Of a stretch of 37,974 nucleotides of DNA, positions 34,132 through 37,974 are shown in pieces. The stretch spans positions 1 to 37,974 of the forward strand of contig JBGSMV010000049.1 of NCBI GenBank assembly GCA_041739995.1, given 5' to 3'. The translations under genes and the position numbers were made by a program. The number at the start of each line of letters is the position of its first letter. Positions within the stretch are counted from its first letter, which is position 1. The notes below the pieces were generated by a model. It saw only the letters and a list, made by a program, of their open reading frames with translations. It was not told where the DNA came from and did no database searches. Source of the stretch: Bdellovibrionota bacterium. GTDB taxonomy: Bacteria > Bdellovibrionota_C > UBA2361 > JBGSMV01.

Positions 34132-36951
34132 TTAGTGAGCTACCTGCCAGTTAAGACCCGTTCCCGCGTCGACTTTCAGCGGGACAAGCAGCTCCATAAC
34201 CCCCTCCATCTGTTCCTTTACCAGGAGGACCGCAGGCTCAAGTATGTCTGCTTTACACTCGAGCACAAGTTCATCATGAATTTGCAGTAAAAGTCGCATA
34301 TTCAGCACACGCTCACGAATGACGCGATCAATAGAGATCATAGCCATCTTGATCACGTCCGCGGCCGAGCCCTGAATCGGCGCATTGATGGCCACTCGCG
34401 AAGCGAAGCCTCGATCTCTGCCCTCACGGTCAATGTCAGCGATGATTCTCTTTCGTCCAAGAATCGTACGCACAAATCCTTCCTCAGTAGCTTGTCGCTC
34501 AAGTTCATCAAAGAAGGCGCGCACCCCAGGGAATCTATCGAAGTAACTCTGGATATACCTCTCGGCCTCCCCAACCGAGATTGAGAGCTCACGCGCCAAG
34601 CGAAATCCGCTCATGCCGTAGATGATTCCGAAATTCATGGTCTTCCCCAGCCGACGTTGCTCAGACGACACCTTTGACTGGGCCCCGAGCCCAAGCAACT
34701 CCCGCGCAGTTTGTGAATGAATATCGACGTCTTCTTGAAAGGCGCGAATCAGAGACTCATCCTTACTTAAGTGCGCGAGTAGTCTCAGCTCAATTTGGGA
34801 ATAGTCCGCTGAGATGAGTCTCCAGCCGTCTTCCACAATAAATGCTTGGCGAATCTTTGCTCCTTCTTCAGATTGAATTGGAATATTTTGTAGATTCGGA
34901 TCTGAACTCGAGAGTCGCCCTGTTCCTGTACCGGTTTGATTGAATCGCGTGTGTAAACGCCCCGTATATGGGGAAACCTGAGCGGGGAGCGCATCAATGT
35001 AGGTGCTTTTTAGCTTATGCAGCATGCGGTAACGCAAGAGTACCGCCGGAAGCGGATGAATGAGTGAAAGTCGCTCAAGCACGCTCGAATCGGTAGAAAT
35101 TCCAGTCTTGGTACGCTTTAGCCCCTTGCTAGGGATTGCGAGTTTCTCGAAAAGAATCGCCGAGAGCTGTTTTGGTGAGTTCAAATTAAACTCTCCTCCC
35201 GCGAGCTCATAGACCTGAGCACGCAGCGCCTCAATCAGAATGCCGAATTCTTCTGACATTTTTCCGAGAAACCCCGTGTCCAGCAGCACACCGCGGCTTT
35301 CCATGGCAGCAAGCACCGGGACCAATGGCATTTCAAGCTCTTGAAACACCTGCTTTAAGCCGCTCTGCTCTAGTTTCTGATTAAGCTCTATCCCCAACAG
35401 CCACGCGTAGTGCGCGTCTTGGCAGGCGTATCGGGTCGCTGGCGATACCAGAACTTCGGCAAACGTTTCACACTCGCCCAGCACTTCTTCGAATTCGATC
35501 ACCCGCCCACCAAACAGCCGAGCAGCTCCAAGATGCTCTTCTGAAAGCACCGTTAAATTAAAAGATCCTCGGTCGGGGTTCAGCAGATAAGCGGCAAGCA
35601 TTGTATCAAACGCCGCGCCTTTCACCTCAAGTTCAACTCCGGCGAGCACTTGAATGTCGTACTTGAGATTCTGTCCGACTTTCTCGATTTTCGGGTCTTC
35701 CCAGATTTGCTTGGTCGCTCCAACAAACTCGTCTTGTGTTAATTGGACGCGCTCCGGCGCCACATGTCCCAGCGGAATATAAAAGGCTTCGCTTTCACTC
35801 CAACAAACCGAGACACCCACAAGCTTGGCCTGCCGTACATCGAGCGAAGTGGTCTCAGTATCAAAGGCAAAACGTGACTGTGCCTTAAAACGCTCCATCC
35901 AAGCCGGAAATTCGTCTTTATAGATTGTCTTGTACGCTTCAACCGGGCTCAAGATATCGACCTGAGGCGCAGTCGACGCACTCAAAAATTCGTCAAAGAT
36001 AGTCTTAAAATTGAATCGAGCGCTCAGGTCTTTTAAGATGGTCGCATCTGGCGCACGTCTGGTGAGCACCTCTCGAAGCGCTTCAATCGATAGGCTCTGA
36101 AGATGTACCGCTTGCTCACCAGTATGAATTTCAAGCGGTGCCTCAGTGTCAATCTCCACTAGTTTTCTGCTCAGGCGCACCATCGCTTCTTGATCGCGCA
36201 GCCCTTGCGCTATCTTCATGCGGTTTCGAATAGACTTATCAGCCTCAATCTCATCAATAGCGCCCAGCACTTTTTCTACTGAGCCATACTTTTCGATCAA
36301 TTGAGTCGCGGTTTTTGGCCCCGCTCCGACAAGCCCAGGAATGTTGTCTGATGAGTCTCCCATCAACGCCAGCACTTCGACCACTTTGTCAGGGTCTACT
36401 CCGAACTTCTCTCGCACTTCCGGAGCCGAAAAGCGTCGGTCGTGCATAGTGTCCCAGACGGTTACGTGCGGACCTACTAGCTGCATGAGGTCTTTGTCAC
36501 CACTTACGATAATCACCTCGTCACCTGCTGCCGCAAGCCGAGTGGACAGCGTCCCAATCACATCGTCGGCTTCGAATCCTTGCAACGACAACACGGGTAA
36601 CCCCATCGCTTCGACGATGTGTTTAAAGTAGGGCATTTGTTGCAGTAGTTCTGGCGGGCATTCGCTGCGATTGGCTTTGTACTCCGGGTACATATCTAAG
36701 CGGAACGTTTCTCGGCCCAGATCAAAGGAGACTACGATACGCGAAGAGTTGGCCTGCTGAATCAACTTAATGAGCATGCGGGTGAAACCAAACAGCGCGT
36801 TGGTTGGCAACCCGTCAGGCGCGGTAAGACTTGCCACTGCGTAGAAGGCTCTAAATATGTAGCCGGAGCCATCGACTAAGTAAGTGATGGGTCTCTGGGA
36901 ATCAGAAGAGGCTGGCGTTTCAGGCGATTGGGTCGCGGAAGTTCTGCTCAT
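34132..36951 (-). CDS. polA: DNA polymerase I
   Basis: 5'-exo motifs (LVDGSGYIFRAFY, FEADDVIG, GDSSDNIPG), intact 3'-5' exo motifs (FDTET, NLKYD, YACQDA) and pol motifs (DYSQIELR, KTMNFGIIYG, QIHDEL). Confidence 0.98.
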   Translation of the reverse strand: MSRTSATQSPETPASSDSQRPITYLVDGSGYIFRAFYAVASLTAPDGLPTNALFGFTRMLIKLIQQANSSRIVVSFDLGRETFRLDMYPEYKANRSECPPELLQQMPYFKHIVEAMGLPVLSLQGFEADDVIGTLSTRLAAAGDEVIIVSGDKDLMQLVGPHVTVWDTMHDRRFSAPEVREKFGVDPDKVVEVLALMGDSSDNIPGLVGAGPKTATQLIEKYGSVEKVLGAIDEIEADKSIRNRMKIAQGLRDQEAMVRLSRKLVEIDTEAPLEIHTGEQAVHLQSLSIEALREVLTRRAPDATILKDLSARFNFKTIFDEFLSASTAPQVDILSPVEAYKTIYKDEFPAWMERFKAQSRFAFDTETTSLDVRQAKLVGVSVCWSESEAFYIPLGHVAPERVQLTQDEFVGATKQIWEDPKIEKVGQNLKYDIQVLAGVELEVKGAAFDTMLAAYLLNPDRGSFNLTVLSEEHLGAARLFGGRVIEFEEVLGECETFAEVLVSPATRYACQDAHYAWLLGIELNQKLEQSGLKQVFQELEMPLVPVLAAMESRGVLLDTGFLGKMSEEFGILIEALRAQVYELAGGEFNLNSPKQLSAILFEKLAIPSKGLKRTKTGISTDSSVLERLSLIHPLPAVLLRYRMLHKLKSTYIDALPAQVSPYTGRLHTRFNQTGTGTGRLSSSDPNLQNIPIQSEEGAKIRQAFIVEDGWRLISADYSQIELRLLAHLSKDESLIRAFQEDVDIHSQTARELLGLGAQSKVSSEQRRLGKTMNFGIIYGMSGFRLARELSISVGEAERYIQSYFDRFPGVRAFFDELERQATEEGFVRTILGRKRIIADIDREGRDRGFASRVAINAPIQGSAADVIKMAMISIDRVIRERVLNMRLLLQIHDELVLECKADILEPAVLLVKEQMEGVMELLVPLKVDAGTGLNWQVAH

Positions 36952-37105
36952 GGGCGCATCGTAGCGCCATCACACTCACTTTCTCCAGCGCTCCATGGGC
37001 CATCGCTAAATTTATGCGCAGCTCACGGGAGCAACCGCCCGAAGTTGCGGCTCTCCCGCCGTTTAAAACGAAGGAATTCTCTACAGATTTGCTGTCCGCT
37101 TCGTG

Positions 37106-37510
37106 TTACCCAACTGGAAGTTGGATGCCCAGCTTGGCATTGAGGGCGTGGCGAAGCCTCTCGCTCACGCCGCTAGGAACCGGGCGATCTGCCAGCCCTC
37201 TGGCTAACTCAATAGTCTTCTCGTAACTGGCCTTAAGAACTCGACACTCGCCACAATCAGCGACGTGCGCATCGATTCTGGCCCTTAGAGTTGGGGGTAG
37301 AGAGTTCTCGACGTACTCGCCGAGCAGAGTCTCAACATCAGCACATTGAACAGTAGGTTTCTCTAACACAAACAAATATCCGTCACTGTAGTCTTCTAGG
37401 GAGAACTCTTTGCTCTCTCTCAGGTCTCGGATTGCGCGGAAAGAATCTCGCTCCTTACCCGTGCCGTTTACCACTTCAACTTCAAGATTTTGAACTTCCT
37501 GTACTTCCAT
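37106..37510 (-). CDS. Soluble zf-HC2 (ZAS anti-sigma-like) zinc-finger protein, 134 aa
   Basis: CADVETLLGEYVENSL...IDAHVADCGECR gives HxxxCxxC. Strong RBS TAAGGGGAG before ATG 37510. No TM. Confidence 0.85.
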   Translation of the reverse strand: MEVQEVQNLEVEVVNGTGKERDSFRAIRDLRESKEFSLEDYSDGYLFVLEKPTVQCADVETLLGEYVENSLPPTLRARIDAHVADCGECRVLKASYEKTIELARGLADRPVPSGVSERLRHALNAKLGIQLPVG

Positions 37511-37742
37511 ACTCCCCTTACCGCCGTTCTTGGACAAAATAAACAACTGACTCCATTTCCACCGCGCTAAGTCCTTGAAACTCCTAGACTCAAACGAGTG
37601 AGCATTCTGTCTACGTGGTATTGGATGAGGCTGGGACAAAATCGATGCAAATCTGGTACAAGTTTCTGTAAATATTATTACAAATACTCTAACTGGCTCT
37701 ATTTACTATACCTTTCACTATCTTTCAGTGAGAGCGCACCAA

Positions 37743-37888
37743 GAGTCTGTGGCACTGCCCTGTTTGTTGGGGTCCGCCTTCGCTCACATCTGCCTGTGCT
37801 GTCATTTAATTTGATTAGGCTTCCTCTTCCGCCAAGGAGGCTGTCCGAAAAGTCTGCAGACGAGGGGGATCGAAGGATATCCTGAGAA
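37743..37888 (+). repeat. Degenerate intergenic element, copy B (related to 6550-6696)
   Basis: GAGTCTGTGGCA, GTCCGCCTTCGC and GAAGGATATCCTGAGAA occur at offsets matching copy A. Confidence 0.45.
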
Positions 37889-37974
37889 GGTGTAGACATG
37901 TGGGATGGGAAATCAGAAGTTCCGTGAGCCTGAGTCTAGAAGTCAACTGACGCTATTGCCGCGAAGTATTGAGG

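Noticed and set aside
37026..37058. Hairpin CGGGAG...CTCCCG between the zf-HC2 gene and polA as a terminator
   Set aside because: The stem is interrupted and no U-tract follows on the minus strand.
37646..37661. Sigma-54-like TTGTACCAGATTTGCA (minus strand) upstream of the zf-HC2 gene
   Set aside because: The -12 element is good, but the invariant -24 GG is GT. Too weak to call.
175..37899. The many remaining short ORF-track entries
   Set aside because: They lie antisense or out of frame within confidently assigned genes, or lack RBS and motifs. Treated as chance ORFs.

Overview
A chromosomal-looking window from a Gram-negative bacterium. Sigma-54 promoters, a DUF1592/DUF1552 pair and the ECF/anti-sigma architecture suggest a Bdellovibrionota/Myxococcota-like lineage (inference). 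About 13-37.5 kb is mostly housekeeping: gcvP-gcvH-gcvT, folD, ald, minCDE, pgpA, a TolB-like protein, an aminopeptidase, pyrF, an RNB ribonuclease, a DinB-family protein, an ECF sigma with anti-sigma factor, polA and a zf-HC2 protein. The first 13 kb is accessory. Its most interesting part is a tightly coupled operon of four secreted proteins (6505 down to 2616). Three of them show colinear motif similarity to the F-type conjugation accessory proteins TraW, TraU and TrbC, in F-plasmid order. No other tra, relaxase or integrase gene is in the window, and a MacAB/LolCDE-like exporter sits where traN would be. This may be a domesticated F-type T4SS module. The accessory region also holds a divergent GT2 glycosyltransferase / DOT1-like methyltransferase pair and a sigma-54-driven DUF1592-DUF1552 heme-motif operon. 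Other observations are a ~145-nt degenerate element present twice (about 6.6 kb and 37.8 kb), several intergenic tandem repeats and a sigma-54-driven 61-aa orphan. No rRNA, tRNA, CRISPR array or transposase was seen. All family calls come from motif recognition by eye, not from database searches.
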